A stretch of 64,000 nt of DNA from an uncultured delta proteobacterium (GCA_963767925.1 CAVYGB010000002.1:1984001-2048000), one strand, 5' to 3'. Numbered from the stretch's first letter, positions 40,957 through 54,359 are shown. Notes: generated from the letters alone by a model not told the origin. Numbers and translations: made by a program.

Positions 40957-41828
40957 ACGTCCACCGTGAGGGTGCCCCGGCCGTGCTGCCCGGTGGCCCC
41001 CCGGATGAGGGAGATGATCTTCTGCTCGAGCTGGCTGCATTCGGCCGAGCGCAGCCAGCTATCGGGCCGGGGCTTGGGGGCCGTCACCGGCATGTCGGCG
41101 ACGATGCCGGCCGGTCGGGTGGACAGCACGAGGATGCGGTCGGCCACCCGCAGGGCCTCGGTCACGTCGTGGGTCACGAACAGGGCCAGGCAGGGGAACC
41201 GCTGCCAGAGCTGGATGACGAGGTCCTGCATCTCGAGCCGGGTCTGGGGATCGAGGGCGGAGAACGGCTCGTCGAGGCACAGGATGCTCGGCCGCAGCAC
41301 CAGCCGCGCGGCCAGCGCTACCCGCTGCTGCATGCCCCCCGAGAGCTGGCGCGGGTACATGCGGGCCGAGGCGCTCAGCCCCACCGCGGCCAGCATCTCC
41401 TCGGCCCGCTCGCGCCGCTGGGCGGGCGGCACCCGCGCGCCCCACAGCTCCGAGCGGAAGGGGAGCAACACGTTCTCCTGCACGTCGAGCCAGGCCTTCA
41501 GCACCGGGCGCTGGAACACCGTGAGGACGTCGTCCTGGGGGCCCTGCACGACCCGGCCCTTGATCTTGACCTGCCCCTCGGTCGGCATCGGCGTGCGCCG
41601 ATCGTACATCCCGGAGATGGTGCGCAGGATGGTCGACTTGCCGCAGCCCGAGGGCCCCAGGATGCAGAGGGTGGCCGGGCGGTCGACGCCGAAGGTGATG
41701 TCGACAAGCACGCGGTTGGCCTGGCCGTCGTCGCCGGTGTAGTCCTGGCTGACGTGCTCGACCGCGAGCAGCCGTTCGCCGCTGTCGGCGGCGGGAGGGG
41801 TGCGGGGGGCGGGGGGGGTGGCCGACAT
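40953..41828 (-). CDS. ABC transporter ATPase, NitT/TauT family
   Basis: [30 protein letters not shown]. Confidence 0.95.
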   Translation of the reverse strand: MSATPPAPRTPPAADSGERLLAVEHVSQDYTGDDGQANRVLVDITFGVDRPATLCILGPSGCGKSTILRTISGMYDRRTPMPTEGQVKIKGRVVQGPQDDVLTVFQRPVLKAWLDVQENVLLPFRSELWGARVPPAQRRERAEEMLAAVGLSASARMYPRQLSGGMQQRVALAARLVLRPSILCLDEPFSALDPQTRLEMQDLVIQLWQRFPCLALFVTHDVTEALRVADRILVLSTRPAGIVADMPVTAPKPRPDSWLRSAECSQLEQKIISLIRGATGQHGRGTLTVDV

Positions 41829-41834
41829 GGTCGA

Positions 41835-42614
<780 letters not shown>

Positions 42615-42634
42615 GCCCCCCTCCTCTGCGCCCG

Positions 42635-44206
<1,572 letters not shown>

Positions 44207-44267
44207 GGTGACCTCACGCTGCATGATACCATTGATGGCAGGCCCGGTCGCCGCGCGCGGACCGCCC

Positions 44268-45095
44268 ATGGACGAGGTTAAAGAGGAAAAGAAGCGCAAG
44301 CCGTTCAGCCTGCTCGAGCGGGCCTTCTTCAACCAGTACAACTACATCCTGCTCGGCAGCGCCGCCCTCTACGCCCTGGCCACCCAGTCGTTCTTGCCGG
44401 TCATCGTGGGCCTGGGGGCCGAGACCCTCTGGCTGGTGCTGGGGGCCGACAGCGGCCCCTTCCGCCGCTGGGCCGATCGCCAGGAGGAGAAGGAAGCGCT
44501 CGAGCGCCTGGAGAAGGACATGGCCATCTTGCTGGCCGGTCTGCACGAGCACCACGCCGAACGGTTCCTCGTGCTGCGCCAGATGGTGGCCGAGATCGGC
44601 CGCCTGGCGGTCGAGAACAAGGGCATCGAGACCATGCTCCTGCGCGACGAGATGGCCAAGCTGGGCCAGCTCCTGCTGTCGTTCCTGCGCATGGCCACCA
44701 TGAGCCAGCGGCTGCAGGCCTACCTCGACGAGAGCCTGGGCAGCGACATCGAGCGCGACATCGCCCGGGCCCAGCGGGCCCTGCGCAGCGAGGGGGATCC
44801 CCGGGTGCAGGCCAGCTACAAGCAAGCTCTGGCCCTGGCCCAGCGCCGGCTCAAGCAGCACGACCAGATCGAAAACGCCCGCAAGGCCATCGTCGTGCAG
44901 ATGGACACCCTGGAGAAGGCCCTCGGCTTCCTCAAGTCGCACATCATGGGCATCGGCTCGCGCGACGAGCTGGCCAAGGAGCTCGACGGCCTGGTGCTCG
45001 GCGTCTCCTCGGTGGCCGAGCTGGAGGCCGCGGCCGACGAGGTCCTCACCGACGTGCGCATCACCGGCCAGGCCGCCCAGGCCGTCCGGCGCTGA
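44268..45095 (+). CDS. Two-TM plus coiled-coil hypothetical protein
   Basis: [12 protein letters not shown]-terminal TMs, long helical region. Confidence 0.8.
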   Translation: MDEVKEEKKRKPFSLLERAFFNQYNYILLGSAALYALATQSFLPVIVGLGAETLWLVLGADSGPFRRWADRQEEKEALERLEKDMAILLAGLHEHHAERFLVLRQMVAEIGRLAVENKGIETMLLRDEMAKLGQLLLSFLRMATMSQRLQAYLDESLGSDIERDIARAQRALRSEGDPRVQASYKQALALAQRRLKQHDQIENARKAIVVQMDTLEKALGFLKSHIMGIGSRDELAKELDGLVLGVSSVAELEAAADEVLTDVRITGQAAQAVRR

Positions 45096-45111
45096 GCGCG
45101 CCCCGCCCGGG

Positions 45112-45474
45112 TCAGGGGGCGGCCAGCAGGTCGGCCAGGGCGGTCTCCAGGCCGTGCAGGGTGAAGGGCTTCTCGATGAAGCGGCGGCGGGCCGGATCCG
45201 ACTGCCCGGGCCGGTACTCCTCCCGCCCGTAGCCGGACATGAAGAGGATGTACAGGCCGGAGCGGGCCGCCTCCAGGTCGTCGGCCAGGTCGAGGCCGCT
45301 GGCCGCGCCGAGCTGCAGATCGAGCACGACGAGGGCGATGGCTGGGTCGGCCGTCAGGGCCTGCCTGGCCCCCTCCGCGTCCCGGGCCTGGGCGGTGCTG
45401 TGGCCCAGGATCTCCAGGAACTGAGCCGTCAGCCGCCGTAGCTCGTCGTGATCGTCGACCACCAGCGCGCGCAC
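45112..45474 (-). CDS. Single-domain response regulator
   Basis: VVDD, VLDLQL, MSGY, IEKPF. Confidence 0.9.
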   Translation of the reverse strand: MRALVVDDHDELRRLTAQFLEILGHSTAQARDAEGARQALTADPAIALVVLDLQLGAASGLDLADDLEAARSGLYILFMSGYGREEYRPGQSDPARRRFIEKPFTLHGLETALADLLAAP

Positions 45475-45480
45475 GGGCTG

Positions 45481-46143
45481 CTAGGGCTCGACCAGGTGGT
45501 TGCGGATGGCGTAGCGGACCAGGTCGGGGATCGAGCGGACCGCCAGCTTCCGCATCAGATTCGAGCGGTGGCTCTCCGCGGTCTTGCCGCTGATCCCCAG
45601 GGTGGCGGCCACCTCCTTGGTGCTGTGGCCCTCGGCCAGGAGCTGCAGCACCTCGCGCTCGCGGGAGGTCAGGGTCTGGGTGGTGGCAGGGGCCAGCTCC
45701 TCGGGCTGGGGACCGCTGTGCAGGTACCCGCGCAGGACCAGCTCGGCCACCCGGGCCGAGAAGAAGGGGCGCCCCTGCTGCAGGCCCTCGACCGCCGACA
45801 CGAGGTCCTTGGCGGCGTCGCTCTTGAGGATGAAGCCGCGGGCCCCCGCCGCCAGCACCTCGCGCACCAGGTCCTCCGAGTCGCGCGCCGACAGGATCAG
45901 CACGGCGGTGCGGGGGGCCTCGTGCAGGATCCGGCGCGTCGCCTCGAGGCCGTTGAGCTCGGGCATGGCCAGATCCATGATGACGATGTCCGGGTGCAGC
46001 TCCAGCGTGCGCTCCACCGCTTCGCGCCCGTTCGACACGTCGGCGACGACGGTCCAGTCCGTCCCCTGCTCGAGCAGCGAACGCAGGCCGGCCCGCACGA
46101 TCTCGTGATCATCTGCGACGAGGATCCTCACGCTCGAAACCAC
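45481..46143 (-). CDS. NarL/LuxR-family response regulator
   Basis: VADDHEIVR, IMDLAMP, LTSREREV. Confidence 0.95.
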   Translation of the reverse strand: MVSSVRILVADDHEIVRAGLRSLLEQGTDWTVVADVSNGREAVERTLELHPDIVIMDLAMPELNGLEATRRILHEAPRTAVLILSARDSEDLVREVLAAGARGFILKSDAAKDLVSAVEGLQQGRPFFSARVAELVLRGYLHSGPQPEELAPATTQTLTSREREVLQLLAEGHSTKEVAATLGISGKTAESHRSNLMRKLAVRSIPDLVRYAIRNHLVEP

Positions 46144-46180
46144 GGCACCCCCTCGAGAGCCAGCCGCTGATTGTAAGGGA

Positions 46181-46789
46181 TCATGGGCGCCCGGGAAACC
46201 TGGCCTCGATCGAGGTGCCGCCCGGGCTGCGCAAGATTCGCAGGTTCCCGCCGGCTGCCCGGGCCCGCTGGCGCAGGCCCAGGGTGGCCAGGTCCAGGGC
46301 GGCGCCCCGGCGCATGCGCCCCTGCAGGGTCACCTGCACCCCCGCCCCGGCGATCGAGGTGACCCGCACGCTCACCGAGGCCTCGGTGGCGAAGGCCCCG
46401 GCGAGCGCCTCCTGTACAAGCCGGAACACAACCGCCTGCACCTCGGGGTCGATCGGCGCGGTTGTCTCGACGGCCACCCGCAAGCGGATGGCCCCCTCGC
46501 GCGCCGCCAGCCAGCCCAGGGCCGAGCCGAGACCGTTGCCGCCCGACCCAAGCGGGTACAGGCTGTGCGACAGGTCGCCGACCTCGCGGCAGGAGGCCGC
46601 CGCCAGCTCCTGGGCCTTGGTCAGGGCGGTCCGGGCCGCCGCCGTCAGCCCGGTGGCGCTGCGCTCGACGAGGGTGAGGTTCATCGAGACCGCGGCCATG
46701 GTCTGGGCCGTCGAGTCGTGCAGCAGCCGGGCCAGCCGCCGCCGCTCCTCGTCGCCCGCCCGCTGCAGCTCCGCGCACAGCCGCGCCAT
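46181..46789 (-). CDS. Sensor-less HisKA_3 (NarX-type) kinase core with a degenerate ATPase domain
   Basis: EERRRLARLLHDSTAQ; FRLVQEALAG lacks the N-box Asn; LRQRA..AGG, GGTSIEA. Confidence 0.7.
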   Translation of the reverse strand: MARLCAELQRAGDEERRRLARLLHDSTAQTMAAVSMNLTLVERSATGLTAAARTALTKAQELAAASCREVGDLSHSLYPLGSGGNGLGSALGWLAAREGAIRLRVAVETTAPIDPEVQAVVFRLVQEALAGAFATEASVSVRVTSIAGAGVQVTLQGRMRRGAALDLATLGLRQRARAAGGNLRILRSPGGTSIEARFPGRP

Positions 46790-46865
46790 GAGGGCCGCCG
46801 CCCCCTTGCCCGCTCGAGCGTCCTTCCGCGCCGCCAACCTTGCGATACCGACCCCCGCCCCGCGA

Positions 46866-47465
46866 TCAGCGCTTCCGGGGCCCCGAGCCGGGGCCCTCGC
46901 TGACGTAGCCGAAGAACATGCGCGCCCCCTGCAGGCGCGACTCCTCCACCACACACTGTGCGCGCACCGACTCCAGATCCTTCTGCAGACCCTCGATAGC
47001 GGCCCGCTGCTCGTCGATCTGGCGCTGCAGCTCGTTGATCGTCGCCTGCCGTTCACCCACCGCCTTCTCGCTGTCGGCCCGCTTGGCGTCGGCCACCGCC
47101 CGCACCACGTCGATCTTGCGGCCGGAGTCGGTGATGACGTCGGCCGGCGACTTGCCGATGGCGCCCAGGAAGGCCCTGGCGGCGGCCAGCTTGGACGTGT
47201 CGGGCAGGTTCGAGTCCAGGCCCCCCAGGAACCGCTCGAGCGCCTCGACCTCGTCGGTGTTGGGGATGCCGGCCTGATCGTAGAGGGTCTGGAAGTCGAT
47301 CGACCCGGTCAGCCCGGCCGGCGCGGTCCCCTCGGGCAGGGCCACCACCGGCTCGGGCGCCTCGGGCAGCGCATATTTTTCCAGGTCCGCGAGCACCTGA
47401 TCGGCGGTCCGGCCTGGCGTGTCCGCCACGATGAACACCGACTTGAGCTTCTGGCCCCAGGACAT
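46866..47465 (-). CDS. Hypothetical helical/coiled-coil protein
   Basis: GGAGG RBS; amphipathic N-terminus WGQKLKSVFI, IDFQTLYDQAGI, C-terminal coiled coil. Confidence 0.8.
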   Translation of the reverse strand: MSWGQKLKSVFIVADTPGRTADQVLADLEKYALPEAPEPVVALPEGTAPAGLTGSIDFQTLYDQAGIPNTDEVEALERFLGGLDSNLPDTSKLAAARAFLGAIGKSPADVITDSGRKIDVVRAVADAKRADSEKAVGERQATINELQRQIDEQRAAIEGLQKDLESVRAQCVVEESRLQGARMFFGYVSEGPGSGPRKR

Positions 47466-47517
47466 GCAGCAATCCTCCGCCGGTCCATTATACGCGGGCC
47501 GGCGGAGGGTCGGTCGA

Positions 47518-48636
47518 TCAAGCCACGTCGATGTCGAGGCCCAGCGCCACCCGGCCGACCAGCCGGTTGGCCTGCGGCTCCTGCAGCGGGTGGTAGCGCA
47601 CCCCCTGGGCGTCGCGGAACAGCCGCTCGAGCCCGGCCGAGCGAAAGAAGCTCCCGCCGCCCGCCACCGCCAGGGCCCGGTCCACCGTGGCGAGGACCGC
47701 CCGGGCGAAGACCGTGCGCCGGGACATCACGGCGGCGGTGGCGGCCGGTCCGGGCTTGTCGCTCTTGACCAGGTCGACCAGGCCGGCGTGGGCGAGCTGG
47801 GCGACGAGCAGCTCGTTTTCGAGCTCACCGACCGCCGGGGCGGTGAGGGGATCGTTCTTCTTGCGGGCGGCGAGCTGCAGGGCCACCTCGCGGGCCGCCT
47901 CCGCCACCCCCAGGTAGGCGGCGAAGAAGACCGGGAAGGCCACCAGCGAGACGGTGTGCATGAAGGGGTGCCACTTGCCGGCTGGCCGGCGCACGCCCCC
48001 CATGGCCGCGTCGGGGAGGAAGACCCCGTCGAGCTCGACGTCGTGCGAGCCGCTGCCGCGCATGCCCAGCACCCGCCAGGTGTCGAGGATCTTCACTCCC
48101 TGGGCGTCGAGCGGGACCGGAAAGTGGATCACGGTGGGCCCGTTCTGGGGGTCGTCGTACACCCCGGTGGTCATCAGCAGGTTGCCCTGGCCGACGCCGC
48201 TGGCGAAGATCTTGCGGCCGGTCAGGCGGAAGCCCCCCTCCACCTTCTCCAGCTTGCCCGAGCCGGTCAGCCAGTCCGCCCCGCCGGTGCTGATGAGGAC
48301 CAGCTTCTCGGCCGCCACCCGCTTGAGCAGGCCCTCGGGGGCCTTGTTGCCCGAGCGCCACAGGTAGGCCAGCGTCGCCACCAGGTGGCTGTGCATCGAG
48401 AAGGCCAGCGCGGTCGAGCTGCACGACCGGGCCATGGTCCGGACGAAGGCGCACAGCTCGGGGTGGCTGACGTCGCCGCCCCCCAGCTCGCCCGGTACGC
48501 CGGCGCCGAAGGCGCCTCGCTCCTTGAGGAGCGCGTAGTTCTCCTCGACGAAGCGGTCGTCGGCGTCGTGCTGGGCGGCGCGCTCCGCGAAACGCGGCCC
48601 CAGCTCCTGCATCACGGCTCGCCAGTCGAATCCCAT
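47518..48636 (-). CDS. Acyl-CoA dehydrogenase-fold flavoprotein (DszC/SfnB-like monooxygenase type)
   Basis: VPGELGG, GRKIFASG, WRVLGMRGSGSHDV, LERLFRD. Confidence 0.9.
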   Translation of the reverse strand: MGFDWRAVMQELGPRFAERAAQHDADDRFVEENYALLKERGAFGAGVPGELGGGDVSHPELCAFVRTMARSCSSTALAFSMHSHLVATLAYLWRSGNKAPEGLLKRVAAEKLVLISTGGADWLTGSGKLEKVEGGFRLTGRKIFASGVGQGNLLMTTGVYDDPQNGPTVIHFPVPLDAQGVKILDTWRVLGMRGSGSHDVELDGVFLPDAAMGGVRRPAGKWHPFMHTVSLVAFPVFFAAYLGVAEAAREVALQLAARKKNDPLTAPAVGELENELLVAQLAHAGLVDLVKSDKPGPAATAAVMSRRTVFARAVLATVDRALAVAGGGSFFRSAGLERLFRDAQGVRYHPLQEPQANRLVGRVALGLDIDVA

Positions 48637-48870
48637 GGGCTCCTCCTCTTGCTAGTGGACTGCGCAGCGGCAGCATGCTCCCACGTGTGGAGCGGCATGC
48701 TGCCACTTTTGCGCCCGGCCGGGGCGTCAGGAAACGCCGGGGTGTGGGTGATTTCCTCTCCGCGGCCCGGGGTGTCCCCGCTGTAAGGCGCTGTGTTCTG
48801 GCCCTGGCGCCCGACTTCCAGTTGTGCACCGGCCTGGGATCTTGCGTACGATAAAGGCCGGACGGGGTGC

Positions 48871-49275
48871 ATGACGACGAAGTTGCGGGAGCAGGGAGCG
48901 CGGGTTCTGGTGGTGGACGATAGCGAGGAGATGAGGGCGGCCCTTCGCCGCATGCTCGCCCCCATCGCCTCCGAGGTGTTCGAGGCCCGCAACGGGGTCG
49001 AGCTGATGGCGGCGGTGGCGGGCGAGACGCCCTTCGACCTCATCGTCACCGACGTGCGCATGCCCTGGATGAACGGGCTGGGGGCGGCGACGACAATCCG
49101 GAGGGCCGGGATCGACACGCCCCTCATCATCATCACCGGCTACTCCGACGCGGAGACCGGCCGGCGGATCGAGACGCTGCCGCGGGCGTCCCTGCTGCGC
49201 AAACCGTTCACGGGCGAGGAGCTGATCGCCGCCGCCCGGGACATGCTGGCCGCCGCTGTGCCGGCGGCGTCTTAG
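48871..49275 (+). CDS. Single-domain response regulator
   Basis: VVDD, VTDVRMP, ITGY, LRKPF. Confidence 0.9.
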   Translation: MTTKLREQGARVLVVDDSEEMRAALRRMLAPIASEVFEARNGVELMAAVAGETPFDLIVTDVRMPWMNGLGAATTIRRAGIDTPLIIITGYSDAETGRRIETLPRASLLRKPFTGEELIAAARDMLAAAVPAAS

Positions 49276-49279
49276 CGGT

Positions 49280-49654
49280 TCACTCGAGTTGCAGTCCGCA
49301 GTCGGAGCAGGCGCCCGAGACGAGCGGGGCGGCGGTGCCGCAGGCCGGGCAGGGGGCGTGTTCCCCCTCCGGCTCCGCCGCTGCCCGCCGCTCGCCCTCG
49401 AAGGTCCCCTCGCGCTCGAGGAGCTGCCACCAGCGCTCGGAGAGCAGCTTGGCCACCCGGGGGACGTCCTCCCTGGCCACCAGGACCTGGATCTTGGGGG
49501 CACAGGCGCAACCGTTCTTGCCGCAGCAGTCGGCCCGGGCCAGCAGCGCTTCGACCTCGATCTCCTCGCAGGCCGCCGCGATCTCCTTGGCGTCGGGCAG
49601 CGCCGCCGTGATGCAGGAGACCATCTGCGGTTCCTGGTCAGCGTCGTTTTCCAC
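49280..49654 (-). CDS. Cys-rich zinc-ribbon protein (DUF2007-like N-terminus)
   Basis: CCGKNGCAC, VLVAREDV, CPACG...CSDCGL. Confidence 0.7.
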   Translation of the reverse strand: MENDADQEPQMVSCITAALPDAKEIAAACEEIEVEALLARADCCGKNGCACAPKIQVLVAREDVPRVAKLLSERWWQLLEREGTFEGERRAAAEPEGEHAPCPACGTAAPLVSGACSDCGLQLE

Positions 49655-49727
49655 GGCCGGCAGTCTACCAGCCAGGCCACTGGATCTTGGTGACGACCGT
49701 CGTATGGTCCCTTGCAAGGAGCCTGAC

Positions 49728-50123
49728 ATGAGCGGCCTGCAACAAACGGTGATGGTGGTCGACGACGACGAGGACATCCGCGAGAGCCTCACGCTGGTGC
49801 TCGGTCAGCGCGGGTACCAGGTCATCACCGCCTCGGACGGTGCGGAGGCGCTCACCCTCCTGCGCAACGCCACCCGAGAGCCCTGCCTCATCTTGCTCGA
49901 CCTGATGATGCCCGGCATGAACGGGTTCCAGCTTCACCAGGCCCTGACCGCCGACCCGGTCCTGTGCACCGTCCCGGTGGTGGCCATCACCGGCGCCGGC
50001 CCCAGCGTGCAGCGCCGCTCCCTCGACCTCAACCTCGAGTACCTGCCAAAGCCCTTCGACTTCGCCGCCCTCCTGGACGTGGTGCGCCGCTTTTGCGCCG
50101 GCGCCGTGATCACCCCGAGCTGA
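49728..50123 (+). CDS. Single-domain response regulator
   Basis: VVDDD, LLDLMMP, LPKPF. Confidence 0.92.
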   Translation: MSGLQQTVMVVDDDEDIRESLTLVLGQRGYQVITASDGAEALTLLRNATREPCLILLDLMMPGMNGFQLHQALTADPVLCTVPVVAITGAGPSVQRRSLDLNLEYLPKPFDFAALLDVVRRFCAGAVITPS

Positions 50124-50219
50124 CCTGCTCGTTTGCGGGGTAGAGGGCGAGGGAAGGGGCAGGGGCGGTCGCCACCCCGGGCACCCGAACAGGCCGGGGC
50201 GCTAGACTCGTCGTCGAGC

Positions 50220-51089
50220 ATGGCGCTGGCGGAGCAAACCACCCGGGTGGTCCGGGGCCGATCCGAGGGGGGCTCCTGGGAGCTGATCTTCGGGCGCTGC
50301 CACCCCGCCCTGGCCCCCTACGTCCGCCAATATTGCGGCTACCGCGAGCGCACGCCCGCCCCGGTGCGCCGGCTGGAGATGCCGGCCGCCCAGGTGGTGA
50401 TGATCCTCGACTTCGGCCCCACCCTGCGGATGCTCGACCCCGTCGACGGGCGGCTGATCGTCCAGCACCCGGGTGGGTTCCTGGCCGGCCTGGACGACGG
50501 CTTCACCCTCACCGAATCGACCGGCGAGATGGACGGGATCCAGGTCAACTTCACCCCCATCGGCGCGCGCCTGCTGGTGGGGCGCCCCATGCACGAGGTG
50601 GCCCGCCAGGTGATCAGCCTGCCCGACGCCTTCGGGGCCGACGGCCGCCACCTGAGCGAGGCGATCGGCGAGACCCGGGGCTGGGCGGCCCGCTTCCGCC
50701 GGCTCGATGACCTGCTGCTGGCGCGGCTGCTCGGTGCCCAGGCCCTGCCGGGCTGGGTGGCGACGGCCTGGGATCGCATCGAGCGCAGCGGCGGCGCCAT
50801 GGACGTCGCCCGCCTGGTCAAGGAGATGGGCTACAGCCGCAAGCACCTGGCGGCGGTGTTCCGCGAGCACGTGGGCATGCCGCCCAAGGCGGTGGCCCGC
50901 CTGGTGCGGTTCCAGCGGGCGCTCGAGGCCCTGCGGGGCGGGGCGCGCGGCGACCTGGCCCGGCTCGCGCTGGAGCTGGGCTATTTCGACCAGGCCCATT
51001 TCACCCGGGAGTTCCGGGGCTTCTCCGGGATGACGCCGGCGGAGTGCCGCCGGCGGTGGCGCCCCGGATCGCTCGGGATCGCCGGGTAG
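50220..51089 (+). CDS. AraC-family regulator
   Basis: PHPAL-like N-terminus; FREHVGMPPK, GYFDQAHFTREF. Confidence 0.93.
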   Translation: MALAEQTTRVVRGRSEGGSWELIFGRCHPALAPYVRQYCGYRERTPAPVRRLEMPAAQVVMILDFGPTLRMLDPVDGRLIVQHPGGFLAGLDDGFTLTESTGEMDGIQVNFTPIGARLLVGRPMHEVARQVISLPDAFGADGRHLSEAIGETRGWAARFRRLDDLLLARLLGAQALPGWVATAWDRIERSGGAMDVARLVKEMGYSRKHLAAVFREHVGMPPKAVARLVRFQRALEALRGGARGDLARLALELGYFDQAHFTREFRGFSGMTPAECRRRWRPGSLGIAG

Positions 51090-51103
51090 GGCCCGGGCCC
51101 CGG

Positions 51104-51120
51104 GGTAACAAACGTACAAG
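51104..51120 (+). promoter_or_regulatory. Candidate AraC-regulator binding site
   Basis: AT-rich GGTAACAAACGTACAAG between the AraC and VOC genes. Confidence 0.45.
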
Positions 51121-51173
51121 CGGTGGGCGGCGGGCCCACCTACCCTGGGTGGGCAACCAAGAGGAGGACCACC

Positions 51174-51626
51174 ATGAGCGACAAGGTTTCGACAGGCGCC
51201 GGCGGCTACATCATGCCCTACCTGAGCTGCAAGGGCGCCGCGCAGGCGATCGAGTTTTACCTGCGGGCCTTCGGGGCCCGCGAGGAGTACCGCCTGACCA
51301 TGGACGACGGGCGGATCGGCCACGCCGAGCTGCTGATCGGGGCGGCCCGCTTCGGCGTGGCCGAGGAGTTCCCCGAGCTGGGGTTCAAGAGCCCCCTCAG
51401 CTACGGCGGCTCCACGGTGACCCTGCACCTCTATGTCGAGGACGTGGACGCCTTCTTCGCCCGGGCCCGGGAGGCCCAGGCCAAGGTGCTCGAGGCGCCC
51501 AGGGACGAGTTCTACGGCGACCGGGTGTGCCGGCTGGGCGACCCTTCCGGCCACGTGTGGATGATCGCCACCAAGAAGGAGGAGGTCTCGCCCGAGGAGA
51601 TGCGCCGTCGCATGCGGGGGGCGTGA
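51174..51626 (+). CDS. VOC family protein (PhnB-like)
   Basis: PYL..AAQAIEFY..AFGA, IGHAEL, FYGDR...DPSGHVW. Confidence 0.93.
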   Translation: MSDKVSTGAGGYIMPYLSCKGAAQAIEFYLRAFGAREEYRLTMDDGRIGHAELLIGAARFGVAEEFPELGFKSPLSYGGSTVTLHLYVEDVDAFFARAREAQAKVLEAPRDEFYGDRVCRLGDPSGHVWMIATKKEEVSPEEMRRRMRGA

Positions 51627-51718
51627 GGGGTTGCGCCACCGCACACGCGCCGACACCGGCGCCGTCGGGGCGGCCGATTGCTTTTGAGGCAGGTGGGCAA
51701 AGCGCCTAAAATGTCGCC

Positions 51719-52429
51719 ATGTCCGAAGGCGGCGGTTTCTTCAAGCGTCTGAACAACCTGTTCCGCGGCTTTCTCAGCCTCTGGATCTCCGACGTCGAGA
51801 AGGAGCACCCGGAGATCGCCTACGAAAACGCCATCAACGCCATGCTGGAGAAGTTCGCCCGGCTCAAGCGGGCGACCGCCGCCATCATCCGCCGGCGCGA
51901 CGAGATCCAGGAGCGGTTCGGCAGCCAGTCGAGCGAGCTGGCCCAGGTGAGCGCCGACCTCGACGTGGCGGTGCAGACCGCCCGGGACGACCTGGCCCTC
52001 ATCCTGATCCAGAAGAAGAACATCCTCGAAAAGGAAGTGGCCGAGCTGAAGGTGGAGCTCGAGACCGCGGCCCGCGACGCCGACGAGGCCAAGGCGGCCC
52101 TCATCCAGGTGCAGGCCGAGATCAAGAAGCTCAAGGCCGAGAAGGACAACATGCTGGCCAAGATGGAGAGCGCCAAGGCCCGCGTGCGCATCCAGGAGCA
52201 GCTCGACGGGCTCTCGGTGGACGCGGAGGTCAAGGCCCTGGAGAACGTGCGCGGCCACATCAAGAACACCATCGCCCAGGCCAACCTCGGCAAGGAGCTG
52301 GCCGACACCTCGCTCGACGCGAAGCTGCGCCAGCTCCGCTCGCAAACCGGCGAGGTGACCGCGCGCAACCAGCTCGACGACCTCAAGGCCAAGCTCGCCG
52401 CCAAGAAGGCCGCGCAGAAGACGATGTGA
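51719..52429 (+). CDS. pspA: PspA/IM30 (Vipp1/ESCRT-III superfamily) protein
   Basis: Amphipathic [21 protein letters not shown], long coiled coil, LDDLKAKL end. Confidence 0.85.
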   Translation: MSEGGGFFKRLNNLFRGFLSLWISDVEKEHPEIAYENAINAMLEKFARLKRATAAIIRRRDEIQERFGSQSSELAQVSADLDVAVQTARDDLALILIQKKNILEKEVAELKVELETAARDADEAKAALIQVQAEIKKLKAEKDNMLAKMESAKARVRIQEQLDGLSVDAEVKALENVRGHIKNTIAQANLGKELADTSLDAKLRQLRSQTGEVTARNQLDDLKAKLAAKKAAQKTM

Positions 52430-52442
52430 CGGTCGGGGGGAG

Positions 52443-54359
52443 GTGCGCGTGGCGGTGAGCGGCGACAAGGGCGGGGCCCGGCCCCCGGCGGGCAAACATC
52501 CGGGCTGGGCGGAAGAGCTGCGGCGCCGCTACCTGCGGGGCGAGGCCAGCCAGTTCATCCTGCACGGCAACGTGTTCGACGTTGTCGAGTGGGCGGGGGA
52601 GCTGCTGCCGCTCGGCGAATATCTCACCGAACACCTGCTGGGCGAAAACAAGGACACCATCGTCGTGTTCAACCTCGCCACCGGGGGTCGCACCGTGCGG
52701 CGCAAGGTGGACCTGGGCGGGCTGGAGGACCTGCTCGGGCAGCGCCAGCCGGCCAAGTTCCTGCCCGCCATGGAACGGCTGCTGAAGACCGGTCAGCGGG
52801 TGGCGCTCATCATCGAATACGCCGAGACGGTGGCGCCGGCGGCCGACCCGGCGCTCATGCAGGACGACGACCGCACGGCGGTCGTGACCTTGCACCGCTG
52901 GTCGATGTCGCCGGAGATCGAGGCGGCCGACAACGTCGTGCTGCTGCTGGCCGAGACCCTGTCGGAGCTTCACCCCAAGCTGGTCTCCAACCCCAAGATC
53001 GCCACCGTGCGCCTGCCGATGCCCGACGAGGAGACGCGCCGGCGGGTGGTGGCGGTCTGCCAGCCGGAGGCCGATCCGGCCTGGCGCGATCGGCTGGCCG
53101 CGATAACCGCCGGGCTGCGGGCGGTGCAGATGCAGGCCATCTTGCAGCCGGCCCCCGGGGCCCAGGACCAGGCCAGCGAGGAGGAGCGGGTGCGGTTCCT
53201 CGAGGGGCTGCTGGCCCCGGCGGGCGCGGCCCGGCCCGCCGATCTGGAGGTGCGGGCCCGCAAGCTGGCGGGGCTGACCCGGGGCATGTCGAGCGAGGAG
53301 GTGCGCACGCTTATCGCGCCCGAGGCCGGCCCCGACCCGGAGGCGGGGGTGGAGGAGGCCCGGCGCCGGCAGCGCGACGAGATCGACCGGCTGATCGCCC
53401 ACCGCAAGCGCGAGATCATCGAGCGGGAGTGTTACGGGCTGATCGAGTTCGTCGATCCGGGGCACGACTTCCGGGTGGTGGGGGGCATCGAGGCGGTCAA
53501 GGCCGAGCTGCAGCGGATCGCCCGCAACATCCGGGAGGGCAACGTGGCCCGGGTGCCGATGGGGCTGCTGTTCACCGGGCCCATGGGGGCGGGCAAGACC
53601 TTCGTGGCCGAGGCGTTCGCCAAGGAGTCGGGGCTCACCACCATCAAGCTGAAGAACTTCCGCAGCAAGTGGGTGGGGGCCACCGAGGCCAACCTCGAGC
53701 GGATCTTGCAGGTGGTGCAGGCCATCGGGCAGGTGCTGGTCATCATCGACGAGGGGGACCGGGCCTTCGGCAACCAGACCGACGGCGACGGGGACGGGGG
53801 GACCTCCTCGCGGGTCATCGGGCGGCTCAAGGAGTTCATGTCCGACACCAGCAACCGGGGGCGGGTGCTGTTCATCCTGATGACCAACCGCCCCGACAAG
53901 CTGGACGTCGACATCAAGCGGGCCGGCCGGCTCGACCGGAAGATCCCCCTGCTCTACGCCCAGAGCGCCGAGGAGGTGGAGGCGGTGATCCTGGCCCAGC
54001 TCCGCAAGCACCGCTTCGAAAACGGCCTCTCCTTCCCGGCCGATCGGGCGGCCCTGTCGGCCCGGATGCTGGGCCTGTCGAACGCCGACTTCGAGGCCAT
54101 CGTGCTGCTGGCGGGCGAGCTGGCGGCGGCCGCCGGCCCCGAGCAGCGCACGCCCCGGCTCGACCGGGGCCTGCTCGAGCAGGCCATCGCCGACTACCTG
54201 CCCTCGCGCGACACGAAGATGCTCGAATACATGGAGCTGCTCGCGGTGTTCGAGGCGTCCAACCGCAAGATGTTACCCGCCAAGTACCAGACCATGAGCG
54301 CCGAGGAGCTGCAGGCCCGCCTGGACCTGCTGCGCCTCGAGTGCGGCAACCGGAGGTGA
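52443..54359 (+). CDS. Classical-clade AAA+ ATPase (inactive N-terminal AAA domain plus active domain)
   Basis: GPMGAGKT, pore loop [30 protein letters not shown]. Confidence 0.92.
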   Translation: MRVAVSGDKGGARPPAGKHPGWAEELRRRYLRGEASQFILHGNVFDVVEWAGELLPLGEYLTEHLLGENKDTIVVFNLATGGRTVRRKVDLGGLEDLLGQRQPAKFLPAMERLLKTGQRVALIIEYAETVAPAADPALMQDDDRTAVVTLHRWSMSPEIEAADNVVLLLAETLSELHPKLVSNPKIATVRLPMPDEETRRRVVAVCQPEADPAWRDRLAAITAGLRAVQMQAILQPAPGAQDQASEEERVRFLEGLLAPAGAARPADLEVRARKLAGLTRGMSSEEVRTLIAPEAGPDPEAGVEEARRRQRDEIDRLIAHRKREIIERECYGLIEFVDPGHDFRVVGGIEAVKAELQRIARNIREGNVARVPMGLLFTGPMGAGKTFVAEAFAKESGLTTIKLKNFRSKWVGATEANLERILQVVQAIGQVLVIIDEGDRAFGNQTDGDGDGGTSSRVIGRLKEFMSDTSNRGRVLFILMTNRPDKLDVDIKRAGRLDRKIPLLYAQSAEEVEAVILAQLRKHRFENGLSFPADRAALSARMLGLSNADFEAIVLLAGELAAAAGPEQRTPRLDRGLLEQAIADYLPSRDTKMLEYMELLAVFEASNRKMLPAKYQTMSAEELQARLDLLRLECGNRR

